Positions 47,104 to 63,100 of a stretch of DNA of 64,000 bases are shown in pieces. Below the pieces are notes generated by a model, which saw nothing but the letters and a program-made list of their open reading frames with translations, did not search any database and was not told the DNA's origin. Source of the DNA: the human T2T-CHM13v2.0 reference genome, Homo sapiens; NCBI RefSeq assembly GCF_009914755.1, contig NC_060928.1. One strand, written 5' to 3'. The translations under genes were made by a program, and so were the position numbers. Numbering within the stretch: position 1 is the first letter of the stretch; every line of letters starts with the position of its first letter.

Positions 47104-48264
47104 TTAGCATTCTTAACATGGAGTCGCATAGTTCCTATTCATAATGCACAATATCATGTAATAGGCTTAACTGGATTGTGAGTGTGTAGAGGGAAGAGAT
47201 TATGTCTTTTGCTCCTTCAGTCCCCTTTTTTGCACGGGATAGTGCTGTGGATTTAGGAAATGCCCAGAAAACGGTTTTTTAATGAAAGAATGGATGAATA
47301 AATTGGAGTGCACTTAATTTTTCCTAATAAAGGAATAAAGTGGTAGATATCATCACAAATATATATTAAGTCCAGTTCCTTATATAAGCATACAATTTCA
47401 TCATCACATAATTCTTAGGCAATCTGTGAGTTGGTTAATTCATTTTTCATTGATTTATTACATAGGTATTTTGAACCCATTACTTTCAACCACATATTTT
47501 AATGGGAAACAAGATAAATGATTATATCACCAAAGTAGTCTCTTGTCCACTTGATGGTCTCCTTTTGTAATGGATTCCTGTTCTACTGTCCATTTCTCAA
47601 ATGGACATGTTTTAAACATTGTTTTTATCTCCCCAAATATATATAGGTTTTACATTAAAATACCCTGATTATTAGGGAACCTCAAAAGACCGTTCAGAAA
47701 GTCTTTTCCAGTGAGCTTTCTGAACATGTTCTATAGTTAGAAAATGGTTTAGGATTGCCCCAAGATATGTAATGATTAGTTCTTTGATTTTGGATTCTGA
47801 CCTTTGGGAGACCAGACATCCTCAGAACATGTGGCTGTCAGATATTTGGTATCTTGAGATAAGGTACACTCCCGTTCCACATGAGAAAATGGAGGAAGAT
47901 ACAGGAAAAGAACATTAGGAGAAAAGCTATAGCCCTGGAAAAAGTGGAATCTCTTGACACTTCATTCATCTGTGGCATTTGTCCCAGGGCAAGGCTGCTG
48001 AGAGCATTGATCTCAGGGTGCTGCTCCCCATTACCCACACTGCTGGACCTTCTAGAAAATCTCGGCAATGGAAACGTGTTGGTCTCTGGAGACTTTTTCA
48101 GTAGGATTCTAGAGAATTCTGGGTAGGTGAAATATAGCTAGAGATGTGTTTCCCATTGCCTTTGATATTTGTAACTGTTTGAAAGCAATATCATGTAATA
48201 AGCCAAAGATGATGTAAGTACTGCAAGATTGGAAATAGTATTTCATATCAATAACGCCAACTGA

Positions 48265-48420
48265 GGCCGGGCGTGGTAGCTCGTTCCTATATTCTCAGCA
48301 TTTTTGGAGGGTGAGGTAGGAGATTTGCTTGAGCCCAGGAGGTTGAGGCTGTAGTGAGTTATAATTATGCCACTGTACTTCAGCCTAAGTGACAGAGTGA
48401 GACCCTGTCTCAAATAAAAA
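48265..48420 (+). mobile_element. Alu monomer (FRAM/FAM-like)
   Basis: Single ~155 nt arm with a short A tail. Confidence 0.8.
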
Positions 48421-48995
48421 GAAGACATTTATTGGGAGCTTACCATATGACAGGCTGCACTGTGCTAAGTATATTACATGCATTGTCTCATGCAATCTAT
48501 AAACAATGCCATGAGTATATAGCTTTGAAATTTGGGGGGTGATAAAAATCTGTTGACTTTTCAAAGTATTCAGTCCTACTAGTATTGGGCTCTAGTTTTG
48601 TGCCAGGTACTGTCCAGTTTCTGTGATAAAATATAGTAATGCATTTGAGCTTCACTTTCCTTAGGGCATGTTTTTGTTAATAAAACAATAGTTGGCCTAA
48701 AATTGCTTACTTCTTTTGGCCAAATACTAATACGTTTAAAAAAATTGGAATTTATTAAGAACATATGCAAAATTATTAAATCATTTTTGTTAAGAATGTG
48801 GCAGAAAAATAAAACATTCCAATTTGAGAACAGAACTTGTATTATTTATGTTTACTTTAACTTACAGTTTTTAACTAAAAATTAACAAAGTAATCTATTA
48901 TCACTCAGTTAAGAAAAACAAGCCCTTTGCTTTTCCTCTAGAGGAAATATGACTTGAGACACGTTTGCATAGTTGATAGAATAAAAGATTCCTCA

Positions 48996-49451
<456 letters not shown>

Positions 49452-49572
49452 TTATAAAGTGCCATGCTTAGTGTTTATCAAAAGCTGCTCAAACTCTTCT
49501 GTTCAATCTGTTATCAAAACCTCTTTTGGCTTCAGTTGCTTTATTTTTAAATTCATGGAGTTGAACTAGTTG

Positions 49573-49730
49573 AGTGGTTCTCAAACTGCTGCATATTGGA
49601 TTCATCTGGGCAGGTTTAAAAATATCCCACTGTCCAGGTCACAGCCCATGCCAATTAAATGAGAAGCTCTGCAGGTGGAACTTAGTCCCCAGGTGACTCC
49701 AATGGGAAGGTCAGGCTGGGAACCAGGCGA
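49573..49730. mobile_element. MER5A-like MITE
   Basis: agtggttctcaaact...ccccaggtgactccaat...tgggaacca. Confidence 0.7.
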
Positions 49731-51063
49731 CTGGATGATCTTTGAGATCCAGATGGCAGTGATTACAATCTTGAAGGGACTCTCGATTGCTGAAATCCCT
49801 TGATAGCCAGCTTCAGTAACTCATATATACACAAAGGCAATATTTGGAAAACAAAATAAGTGGAAAAGGCTACTCCAGGAGACTGAAAAATATTCCACTT
49901 AAACCCTCAGTAATGAACTCCTTGGTTCATTTATGTTCAGTAGTCATGACCAGTATATCCCTGCTTTAAAAAATACACTAGTGAATAACACAGTAATGAA
50001 ACATTAGTCTATATTTTAATAATAAAATCTATTGTTATGAGTATCCTCATCTTCTGTTCTTGGGTAGGCTCACTTAGATCACCTGTTAAAATAGACGAGG
50101 CAATTGAACAAGGGACTAAGAGCTAAAGTCACAGAAATTTGGAAAAGATGCCATCTACATTTTTTTAATTGGCCAGGGGATATTTATTAAACCTAGTCTC
50201 CCATAGTCCGCCTTCATTTTGCGTAACATGCTCTTCCTGTTCCAAATAATCTCATTCTTATATTCCCTTAAGGGTGTCTATTCATTCATTCATTCATTCA
50301 TTCACCAAGTGGTATGCAATACTATGGGGGACAACACCATTTTCTAACTTACTTAGAAAAATACAAGGCTTGTGACTGTGATTTAAAAGTGCTAATAATT
50401 ATGTATCATGATCTAAGATTCAGCAGGAGATTAGTAAAAGATATTTTAGTCTCAGCTCTCATATTAACCAGCAGTGAGACTTTGGGCAAATATCTTTATA
50501 TCTCTGGGCCTCGGTTTCATAAAATAAAGCATACTACTAGATTTTCAGCCTACTCAGATAAGAAGCCTTTAAAGAATTTCTGCTTGAAATTTACCACTTC
50601 TGAATATATGTGTGTGTTCATGCCAGGGGAGTTAGTTTTAGCAGTGAAATGTCATAATGAGTGAATTACGCATCACTGAAGCGTCATTACTTTCAGTCTA
50701 AGAATCCACAGAGTGGGTGAGCCTTGGTTTGGAGGTGCATCAGGTAAGGTTTTGGACTCTACTGTTGTTGATCCTAATTCTGGGAGTAGAGGATCCACAG
50801 ACTAGCTGCTCCTCAAGGGCAAACGCTTCATTTCATTTACTTTTGCTGTCAGAGCCTAGCAGAACCTATGGTGCCTGAAGCATGTGTAGGTGCTCTCTAA
50901 TTGTAGAATGAATTACTAAATGAGTTCTCAGGCCTAATATTTCATGAGCTCATAAAGAGCAAATACAGAAGAGTAATTATTGAAAATGAAATCTTTACAT
51001 TTTCTAAACTCTCAACAACTTTTTAATCTGATAAACAGGTGAAACTTCTAGCATGTGCTCTCA

Positions 51064-51486
<423 letters not shown>

Positions 51487-51520
51487 TCAATGTCTGCGCA
51501 GGGAGAGCATCAGAAACCTA

Positions 51521-51634
<114 letters not shown>

Positions 51635-52336
51635 TTACAATTTCTATCCAGGTATTAATAGAGCAAAAACATAAAGCTCACATGTCTTTAAAACATTAGA
51701 AACATGTGTCTTTAAAAGTCTCCAAGAAATACAGTCCAATCACAAATATGTCATTTGTCATTGCCTGCCACAGCCTTGTTTCCAGTTTGGGTTTATAAGT
51801 GCCTGAAGATTCCTAAAGAGGACATGCAAATATGGGAAACAACATGGATTAGAAAAATTGCTTCCACTGTATTAACAGTTACTTTCATGTGGTGTACCAA
51901 TTTCTCCTGGAGGCTTTACAAACATTTAATTTAATCCTTAACTATATAAATCTTACTGTAAGTATAAATATAAATTTTAGTTGAAAGTAGGGTATAATAG
52001 TTCCACTAGATGTTGGTAAGACCTGTTTTTTGTTATAGTTTGATTTACAATAAAAATGAGAATTTTGAACTAATTCTTTTCAAAGTAACTAGGTTTATCT
52101 TTATTATGAAATGAATGCTTTTAAAATGATCTCAGTTCTTTTTTTGAGGAAAACTATCAAAAATGGGACAAAGAACAATTCCAGAAATTCCTCTGGAAAT
52201 TTCAACCCTCCACAATAAGTTAGGCACTTTTAGGATAAGAACTGACTTTGAAATGTTTTTAGCTGATAATTTGTGAATTATCTACTTTTCCTGTTACAGT
52301 GGAGGGAGCATGGGTAAAAAGTAAGGGTGTCATTTT

Positions 52337-52447
52337 GTTATTAACTTATTACTAACTAATTAGTTATTATTAGTATTATTTAGTAGTTATTATTAGTAGT
52401 TTAGTAGTTATTAGTTATTATTCAGTAGTTATTAATTTATTACTACT
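52337..52447. repeat. Low-complexity (TTA/TAG)n tract
   Basis: tagttattattagtattatttagtagttattattagtag... Confidence 0.75.
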
Positions 52448-52568
52448 AAAGAAATTAGTAGGATCTGAAACCCAAATTGGACAGTTCATTTTATTTTTCT
52501 GTTCACAGTTCAAATAAGTATTTGGTAAAGTGGCAGGTCCAATCTAGTGCCTAAAGTGATTTTTTAGA

Positions 52569-52890
<322 letters not shown>

Positions 52891-53619
52891 TTACCTATGC
52901 TGTCTATTCCACAAGACCAAGAAAAATGGTTGGCCCATAACATTTTATAGGTAAAATTTATGTGAAAATGATAGTATGGAAGTGTCCTAGTTATTCTCCC
53001 TTTATAATTAGTAATCCGTAACCAGTTACATTTAAGCATGGCTGAAAGTAATAAGGCAGACATTGTTGATGGTGGATGGCTCTTTCTATGTTTCTTTCAT
53101 TTCCTTTCACCTAGTCTGCTTCATTGATTCCTTGCTCAGGAAGAGAGACCACGTTGCAAGAGGAAATTGGTGAAGGGGCTGCATAGGTCACCTAAGAAAA
53201 GGTCATGCTCATTCAGCCGTAGCCATGTAGCCTCCATTTTGTGAACTCAGCACAGAACAATGTCCATACTTATGTTTTTTCCCTCCTCCCATTTCTAGGT
53301 GTCTGGGCCCTGACAGAAGACCGTGTTCACCAACACTAACACGGAAGTTACTAGATTATGAATGCCACACTAGTAGGCACTGTGTCCCTTTTGATCCTCA
53401 CATATCTCCAGGCTCCAACCTGGTGACTGGCATCTAGCAGATGCTCAGTACATAATTGTTGAAGGGTAGAATACATGCGTGCCTAAAGACATACATGCTT
53501 GAGTCAGGCAGGAAGAGAGGGAAAGAGGAAATCCCTGAAGTCCTGGCTGCGCGGTGACCTTGGTCAAGCCCTTTCGTCCCTCTTTGCCTCTGTTTCCTCA
53601 TTCAGGCTGGGAAATCTTA

Positions 53620-53799
<180 letters not shown>

Positions 53800-54341
53800 C
53801 TACAGAGTGAAGAGAAGATGTTTATAAAAGATTGTGAGTCTCAGGTGAATTTAAAAATCCCAGTTCCCTGAAATTGCGCTTCCAAAATGTTTTCAAGGGT
53901 TTTGCTAATAATCCCTACTATCCCAAGTATGAAAGATTCAGTTTATCCTCAAGGTTGACCAGGCTGAAACCCTCCTCTACCTTCCATTCTTGAAGTAAAC
54001 AGTTTAGAATAATCTGTGAAGTAACTGATCCTGAAATAGTTAAGTCTTAAATAATATAAAAGAATGCATGCCTTTAAAAAATAGAAGTAGAAGTTGCAAA
54101 TTAATACATAAAAATATCTAATGCTAATTGATTTTGAAGTCTTGATATATATCACTTTGAAATTTTCTTTCTGTACAAACACATAAATTCTTTTGTATTT
54201 TACTGGAATTACACTGTGTGCACTTTTTTAAAATTTAAAAATTTATATTTATACCTTTCCTTGACAACAAGTATATTCTATTTTCTGGATGATCATATAA
54301 AAATTTGGTTGTTTCCGTTTTTTAACTTTTCTGAGTTTTTA

Positions 54342-54476
<135 letters not shown>

Positions 54477-55147
54477 CTAGAAAAGCAAACAGAGAGATGG
54501 CACCAGTGTTCTCCCACGCTTGCAGTCAGATATTGTGTCATTTCATCTTTGTACATACAACATCTAATCCCATGTCTGGTACCTAACAAGTGCTCTATAG
54601 AAATGATCACCTCTGATTTATAAAGAGAAAAAAATATATTTTAAAAAAGCAATAACATAAGGAAAGATAAACAGTTAACTATAACAACACACTGAGATAA
54701 AATGGAATATATTCATTAAGGCCATCCTTATGTTGTTGTTGTTTTTCTCCAAAGTTGTTTAATCCTGACATTTCCTAATGCTATGCTGAAAATGTCTCTT
54801 CACCCACAATTATTGGCTGGTACATCAAATTCTAAGTCACCTTCGTTTTGCTGACAGAGTCAGTGTCTGTTCACATAAAATACACTGTTTTCTTTCTCAA
54901 TTTTCTGCTTAGGCCAAAAGGATCTGAGTTTATAAGGATATATTTACCTTCCTGCCTGGGATGACATCTCTTTCTCTCTCTTTTCCTATTCTCCTCTTTT
55001 AATTTTCTCTCTCCACCACTTCTGTGTGTTACTTGTTCCAACACCCATTTGCAACTTAGCTTTGAGAGGCTGTACTGTTATCTGATCTATGTGTAGAGAC
55101 TCCTTCCAGCTTTGATTTGAGCCCCAAATTACAAAGGTTAGAGTTGG

Positions 55148-55178
<31 letters not shown>

Positions 55179-55185
55179 TGTGTGT
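55148..55185. repeat. (TG)n microsatellite in intron 1
   Basis: Read directly. Confidence 0.95.
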
Positions 55186-55624
55186 ATACACTCAGACCTA
55201 CACATACATATTTCAAAATTGGAGACACTGTGTGTTTGAATTTCTAGCTAGCAGATCTTATCCATAGATGTTCTTAAAAATAAAAGATGTACACATAATT
55301 TCCAGTGCTTGGCAGTGAACTGTAATATCTGTCTTCATTGTGGTTAAGCATGTACAATTCACAAAACTCTTTCCAGAGAGAATCAACAAAATTGCAATTA
55401 TGATAAAAATTCAATTGAAATTTGTTCTTCTGATAATTCGTTGTCATTATTTATTTGTCAAATTATTCAACTTTGCAGGATGTTCAACATGATCAATGCC
55501 AAATAAATATCAGAATACTTGGAAGTAAAGTACTAATAGTAGGAGTTCCTGATTATCAGGTGCCTATGATGTGACAGGCACATTGTGGCCTGTGCTCGGT
55601 GAGTTATTTGCATTATATTTATTT

Positions 55625-56090
55625 ATAAAATTTATTTTTAATTTCAATAGTTTTTGGGGTGCAGGTGTTTTCTGGTTACCTGGGTAAGTTCTTTAGTGGT
55701 GATTTCTGAGATTTTGGTGCACCCTTCACTCAAGCAGTGTACATTGCACCCAATATGTAGTCTTTTATCCCTCACCTCCCCTTTCAACCTTCCCCCTCGA
55801 GTTCCCAAAGTTCATGATATCATTCTCATGCCTTTGCATCCTCATAGCCTAACTCTCTCTTATAAATGAGAACATATGATGTTTGGTTTTCCATTTCTGA
55901 ATTACTTAGAATAATGGTCTCCAGCTCCATCCAAGTTGCTGCAAAGGCCATTATTTTATTTTATTCTGTTTAATGGCTGAGTAGTATTCCATGGTATATG
56001 CACACCATATTTTCTTTATCTACTCGTTTGTCGATGGGCATTTAGGTCAGTTCTGTATTTTGTAATTGCAAATTGTGCTGCTATAAACAA
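55625..56090 (-). mobile_element. L1PB-like 3' end
   Basis: ttttaatttcaatagttttggggtgcaggtg...taagttctttagtggtgatttctgagatttt. Confidence 0.85.
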
Positions 56091-57709
56091 CATGCATTAT
56101 TTTAAAATCTCATAAGGATGCTACCAGGACAGTACTATTGAATTATTGGCTTTATTTTACAGCTGAAATAATTGAGGATCCATTGACTCAGTGATTAACT
56201 AATTTCTCTAAAGTCTCAAAGCTGGCTTTCCAGAGAATAAAGATGAATCTAGCCTTATGTTTTCACTACTCGGTGTCAGTAAAAAGTTAGCAAAAAGTTA
56301 AATAGCAACAATAATAATAGTGGCTAATAGTTATTGACTTATTTCTACATCCCAAATACAATTTTAAGTTCTTTATAGTATTCATTTATTGAATTATCAC
56401 AACACAACTACTTTATGAAATAGATGTTAGTATTGTCACTATTTAGCATTTGAGGAAAATATAATGCAGGATGTATAAACATAAATGAAATGCTGACAAC
56501 AAGCTAAGTTATTGATGTTGTGCCCAAGAGGGGAGGCAATTGTCTATTTCATCAGTTATTATTTTCATTAATATGATTGGTTTATACTTTTGCTGTAGGA
56601 ACTCATTATTTCTTTTAAGTTGAGTTTGGTAAATTTAATTTTTTTGCTAATTGTTTTCTATGTGGAATGTACATATTAATCAGTAATGAATGAAAGTAAA
56701 GTGAGGTGGAATAAGAACAGTAACAATGGGCCACCCATGTGATTTCCAACCAGTCTTATTGATATGAACCTGTTTTGTCACAGAGTGTATAGAGAAGCCT
56801 CAGAGCCTTTAAACTGAGTTATCATAGTGAGATATTTTACTGTGTAATACACTCCTAACACAAAAAAGGACTGGAAATAGTTGCACAAATTTTTGTAATT
56901 AGGCAATTAAAATATCAATTGATTATATTGTATTACCACATGTATTTTTGTGCACCTATAAACACATTGAACAATTAAGATATTTATGGAAGGCAAAACC
57001 AAATATCTGTGTTCCTAGTGCTAATAAGTGATTCAAATTGTATTATTAATTTTCTGTAAAACCATATTGACTTTTATATGGGGAAGATACTGTTCCATAG
57101 GATTACTCTGGAAATTGCCTGAATTGTGTCCTACTAGACCCTTTTAAATCAGAATTTGAATGTTGATGTTGTCTTGATTAACCTTGATGATTCTAATGCT
57201 GTGAGACCAATGAGCATTTTGTAAACTATTTTATGTTAAGGTTAAAAGGGTATTTCAAAGTCTTCTAAATCAAATCCTCTCATAAAACTTTCATCAGACT
57301 TAACTTTCTTGTATTCACAAAAAATATAAATACAAATAGTAATACATTTAAATTATGGTACCTTAATATAAAGAAAACTTCTTGATGAAAGACATTTCTA
57401 ACTTTGGCTTTACAAATTAATCATGATTAGCTTGGAATAAACTATCGCTTTACCGCAAATGTCTTTAATGTGGGAAATAAACACTTCATAGATACAGATT
57501 CTATACATTCTTTTTGAAGGTATTTAGGAATAGCTTATTTCCACTGTAGTTCAGTATACATTACATATTATAGCATATATTGCATATCATATTTCAGTGT
57601 ATCATTTCTAATTTAGATATGAATTTTAAATGATTCATCAAATACTGTATTACTTTCTTTGTTATATTGATGAGAATATAGTTCCAACAGTAATATATTT
57701 TTTGCTTAC

Positions 57710-57727
57710 TTTTCCTGCTGTGCTCAT
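57710..57727 (-). CDS. ADH1A: ADH1A exon 1 coding part (MSTAGK)
   Basis: aacATG AGC ACA GCA GGA AAA|gtaagc. The nine exons total 1128 nt, i.e. 375 aa plus stop. Confidence 0.98.
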
Positions 57728-57799
57728 GTTGATTCTGTCTTCTCTGCAGACCAGGAGACTGGTGAGTCCTTGTGGATTTCTTCCCTGCTCAAGTGCATA

Positions 57800-58010
57800 A
57801 AGCAGGTGTATTGCATAGGTATTTATTTTTTTTTTTTGCTTGAATAACACCCAATTCCAGTTCCACACATGATCTAGGTCTTTAAGCCACACCCATTAGA
57901 TTATTCACAGACTGTCAAATCATAAAGAAGAGGGCAATGAACCAGCAATCAATACATTGATTTTTCCAATTTCAAATAAGATTTTGTTTTCATTAGGTTA
58001 AATATTAAGT
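57800..58010 (-). promoter_or_regulatory. ADH1A: ADH1A proximal promoter
   Basis: TATA-like AAATAAATA at ~57820 next to an A tract; E-box CACATG 57866-57871; GGGTGTGGC GT-box 57886-57894; HNF1-like GGTTAAATATTAAG 57996-58009. Confidence 0.8.
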
Positions 58011-58558
58011 TAAAGTGATAAAGCTTAATCATTTTCTCTTCTCCTCACTTTATTCCTCATCTGTCAAATTTCTTGTTTCTCCTCTCTTAGTCCCACAGTG
58101 GTCATTCAAAGTTCTGTTTTCCCTTTATCTGCATTAAGCTCCAGCTTTGAATCCAAACGGTGCAGTTAGGAAGGAGGAAGAGCAAAGAAGCCGGGCAAAT
58201 AAAGATGACAGCCAGGAGCCAGAGGAATGTGTTTGGCTCAGGACTCCCCTTCTCTTCATAGAGAATCAGATACTCAATCACAGCAAAGGTGCTCACCCTG
58301 CTAAGCATTTTTGCTCCACCTCAAACCAATCAGCATTGACTGAGCCCCTCTGTGTGTCAGGCACTAAGCTGGGTCCAGTGGATGGCAGTGATAAATAAGA
58401 CATTACCTCTATCTGTACCAGAGGCAGTATGGGGCAAAGGTGATGGCATGCTTTTTGGGACCTGGCAGACCCTATTCCTTACTAGCTCTGTGTACTGGCA
58501 CTTATTATTTCACTTTTTTTTTTGCCTTAGTTTGTTTACCTGTAAGATGAAGAAGAAT

Positions 58559-58653
58559 AATACCATTTTAAATGACTGTTTAGTGAATATAGCACCATTT
58601 TAAAGGACTGTTTAGTGAATATAGCACCATTTTAAAGGACTGTTTAGTGAATA
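58559..58653. repeat. 32-bp tandem repeat, three copies
   Basis: Unit agcaccattttaaaggactgtttagtgaatat. Confidence 0.95.
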
Positions 58654-60124
58654 AATGATATAATCTATGTAAAGCACTCATCATAGAGTTTAACAGGTAG
58701 GAGCACCCTACTAAATGCTAGCTACAATTATTATTCATAAAAGGAAGCTCACAGTCTATGGGGAAAAGATACACAGGCAGCCAAGTCTACATATCAGCCT
58801 GGCTGGGAAGTGCGCTATCACAGGGATCAGTTAGTGCTTTGGGGACAGAGACAGAGGTACTATTCAGAATGAAGGCCTCAGGGGAGGCATTATAGATGAA
58901 CAGGTATTTGAGGTAGATTTTAAATAATTGTGGGAAATTCAGACAAATCCTCACTGGATCATTTCTATTGCCCTTTGATCAATGTAACTAGTCTACACAT
59001 GGCTGTCCAAGATTATGAGTTTAATTTTTCTTTTATCCACACTTGGAGGCATTGCACAGGCAGCTGTTTAATCAGATGCAGTCTGTCAACATGAACATGT
59101 CAACATAAAGGACATATCTCTCTAGAATTGTAAAGGGAACATTTCAGTAAGCTTTAACTACGTAGGCACTGAGACTCACACCAAGACTGAGAAACATTCA
59201 CCCAATAGAGAAGCAAGGAAGGTCCTACGATTTCAGTTGCTTCTGAAATGTATCAAGGTAAGAATATAGCCCCAGATCTGATGTTCAGCATTCAAGGCTT
59301 CGTAATATGGCTTCAACCTTCTCATCTATCTACTCCTCCCCATTCTCCAATACAGGGCGTATGTGCTTTAGAAGCTTGTATCTCCCTGGTCCCCCAAAGA
59401 GGAATCTATTTAACATTCAAGCCCTTGCTCATCATGCTCTTTCTCTTCTTTTCTGTCCCTCTGGCCCATTCAAATCCTACCCAAAATTTGAGATGCAGGA
59501 CAAGGTCACCCTTGTGGAGGTATATTAACTCCATCTCACTGTTGTGCTTTATGTCTCTGCATCCCTGTCATGCTAGCATCTCTCCTGTGGTTTTGGGTCT
59601 GTTCCCTTTTGTCGCCCTCTATATTTAGTGTAGAGATCAGTCTCCTAATTTCTACTGGAAATTTCTAGTCAGGGATGTTCTTAAATTTCATTTATATCAT
59701 CAACTATACCTAGCTCCATGTATACTGTAGGTGTTTAATGAGTGATTGTTGAATTCTTATGCTCATTTATGTTAGGACAGGCACTGTTCTATGAGCAGTC
59801 CCATAATCCAGAAGATCCGGTGTCTCCTCTTTAAGGTTTTACAGATTAGCAGTGGGATTGGCTGTGGTCAGGTAGACAAGACAGAGAACCCTCCTGTGAA
59901 GCAGGAAGTGGTCGTGCCAGGAGAAGAGTTCAACGTGGAATTCAAAGGAGGAAGATCCTACTCCATCTTTTCATTATGGATTCTCAGCTCTTAACTCAAT
60001 GTCTGGCACAGAGTGAGTGCTCAGATATTTGTTGATTAAATTAAAGAAATGACTTCTACTTTTAGGGTGAGGAAACCTTGAAAGAAAGGTATTTTATTAA
60101 GATGTATCAAGAAAAATGGGTCAT

Positions 60125-63100
60125 CAGGAGGCAAAATGGAGGAGGATAGGAGGCAGGACTAACTTGCACCTGCTACTTGGATGAACAGAGCAGTTCATGG
60201 AGACCCACATTGTGAACTTTTGCTCCAAGAACTACTGCAGGGACATACCAGGAAAGCAGAGAGAATCCACAGACCCTTTGAAGGCGGTGGACTGCTGCTC
60301 CAGCCTCTGTGGGACAGCAGAAGAAACGTGAGCCAGCTTGCTTTCTCAGTTGCGGGGCTTATAGCCTGGGGCAATTTCTCAGCTCTGCTCACCAGCTGAC
60401 TGGAAGGAAATAAACACATTTTTGTTGAGGGCTCATGGTGGGAGTGAGACCGGCCCTCAGACTCTGGGCTGCATGGGAGCTGTGTGAGGCCTGTGGCTGC
60501 CAGCTTTCCCCCACTCCCCTGATGACCTGTGTGACACGGCAGAGACAGCTGTAATCCCACTGGGAACATAACTCCATTGGCCTGGGAACTACACCCTCAT
60601 CTCCCAAATCAGCCACAGCAAGCCCTGACCAAGGAGAGTCTAAGCTCAGACATGTCTAGCCCTGCCCCTAGTTGATGGTCTTTCTCTACCCAGCCTGGTA
60701 GCTGAAGAAAAGGACATAATCTATTGGGGGTGCTATGGTCCTGCCCACGACCTGATCCTCCCTAGACTACCGTAGCTGAGGTGCTCTTGAAATCGTCACC
60801 TCCTGGCTGGAGGCCAACGAACACAAAACCAGCACGCTTAACAAAAATACATCCAAGGACCCTCACAGAATCCACTCCACTCTCCTGCTACCTCCACTGG
60901 AGAAGGTGCTGGTATCCATGGCCAAGAAACCTGAAGATGGATCACATCACAGGACTCTGAATACACTCCCCAGTACCAGTCCAAAGCCAGGTAGCTCCAC
61001 TGGGTTGCTAGATCTAGAAGAGAAAAAGCAATAACTACAGTTCAGCTCTCAGGAAGCTCCATCTCTTGGGAAAAGGGGAGAGCACCACATCAAGGGAGCA
61101 TCCTATAGGACAAAAGAATTTGAACAGCAGCCCTTGAGTCCTAGATCTTCCCTCTGATGTAATCTACCTAAATGAAAAGAAACCAGAAAAACAATTCTGG
61201 TAATATGACAAAATAAGATTCTTCAACACCCCCAAAAGATCCCGCTAGATTACCAGCCGTGGATCCAAACCAAGATGAAATCTCTGAATTGCCATAAAAA
61301 GAAATCAGAAGGTTGATTATCAAACCAATCAAGGAGGCACCAGAGAAAGGTGAAGTCCAACTTATAGTAATCAAAAAAACAATACAGGGTGTGAATGAGA
61401 AAATATCTAGTGAAATAGATAACATAAGAGAAAAACAATCAAAACTTCTGAAAACGAAGGACAGAGAGAATTGCAAAATGCATTGGAAAGTCTCAGCAAT
61501 AGAGTCAAACAAGTAGAAAAAAGAACTTCTAAAAAACAAGGCTTTTAAATTAACACAATTAAACAAATACAAAGAAAAAAGAATATTTAAAAAAGGACAA
61601 AGCCTGCATGAAATTTGTGATTATGTTAAATGACCAAACCTCAGAATAATTGGTGTTACTGGAGAAGAAGAGAAATCTAAAAGTTGCAAAACATATTTGA
61701 GGGAATAAACAAGAGAAACGTCCCTGGCCTTGCTAGAGACCTAGATATCCAAATATCAGAAGCTCAAAGAACACCTGAGAAATTCATCACAAAAAGATCA
61801 CCGCCTAGGCACATAGTCATCAGGTTATCTAAAGTCAAGACAAAGGGAAGAATCGTAAGAGCCGTGAGGCAAAAGCATCAAGTAACCTATGAAGGAAAAC
61901 CTGTCAGATTAACAGCAGATTTCTCAGCAGAAACCCTACAAGCTAGAAGGGATTGGGGTCCTTTCTTTAGTCTCCTTAAACAAAACAATTACCAGCCAAG
62001 AATTTTGTGTCCAGCAAAACTAAGCTTCATAAATGAAGGAAAGTTACAGTCTTTTTCAGACAAATGCTGAGAGAATTCATCATTATTAAGCCAGCACTAA
62101 AAGAACTGCTAAAAGGAGCTCCAAATCTTGAAACAAATCCTGGAAACACATTAAAACAGAACCTCTTTAAAGCATAAATCTTACAGGACCTATACAACAA
62201 CAACACAATGAAAAAAAAAACAAAGTATACAGGCAACAATGGCACGATGAATAGAATTGCGCCTCACATCTGAATACTAACGTTGAATGTAAATGGCCTA
62301 AATACTCCACTTAAAATATATAGAATGGCAGAATGGATAAGAATTCACCAACAAAGTACCTACTGTCTTCAAGAGACTCACCTGACACATAAGGACTCAC
62401 ATAAACTTAAGGTAAAGGGGTGGAAAAAGATATTCCATGCAAATGAAAACCAAAAGCAAGCAAGAGTAGCTATTCTTATATCAGACAAAACAAACTTGAA
62501 AGCAACAGAAGTTAAAAAAGACAAGGAGGTACATTATATAATGATAAAAGAAAGAACTATTTCAACAGGAAAATATCACAATCCTAAATATATAAGCACC
62601 TAACGCTGGAGGTCCCAAATTTACAAAACAATTACTACTAGACCTAAGAAATGAGATAGACAGCAATACAACAATAGTAGGAGACTTCAATACTCCACTG
62701 ACAGCACTAGACAGGTCATCAAGACAGAAAGTCAACAAAGAACCAATGGATTTAAACTACAGCCTACAACAAATGGACTTACCAGATATTTATAGAACAT
62801 TCTACCCAACAACTGCAGAATATACATTCTGTTCATCAGCACATGGAACATTCTCTAAGGTAGACCATACGATAGGTGAAAAAACAAGTCTCAATAAATT
62901 TAAGAAAATTGAAATTATGGCAAGTACTCTCTCAGACCACAGTGGAATAAAATTTGAAATAAACTCCAAAAGGAACCCTCAAAACCACGCAAATACATGA
63001 AAATTAAATTATCTGCTCCTGAATGGTCACTGGGCCAACAGTGAAATCAAGATGGAAATTAAAAAGTTATTTGAACTGAATGATAATAGTGTTACAACCT

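Noticed and set aside
47838-48126. Overlapping 76 and 81 aa ORFs in intron 6
   Set aside because: No recognisable protein similarity; consistent with chance intronic ORFs
58559-58653. CRISPR-like 32-bp repeats
   Set aside because: The copies are directly adjacent with no spacers, and the context is eukaryotic
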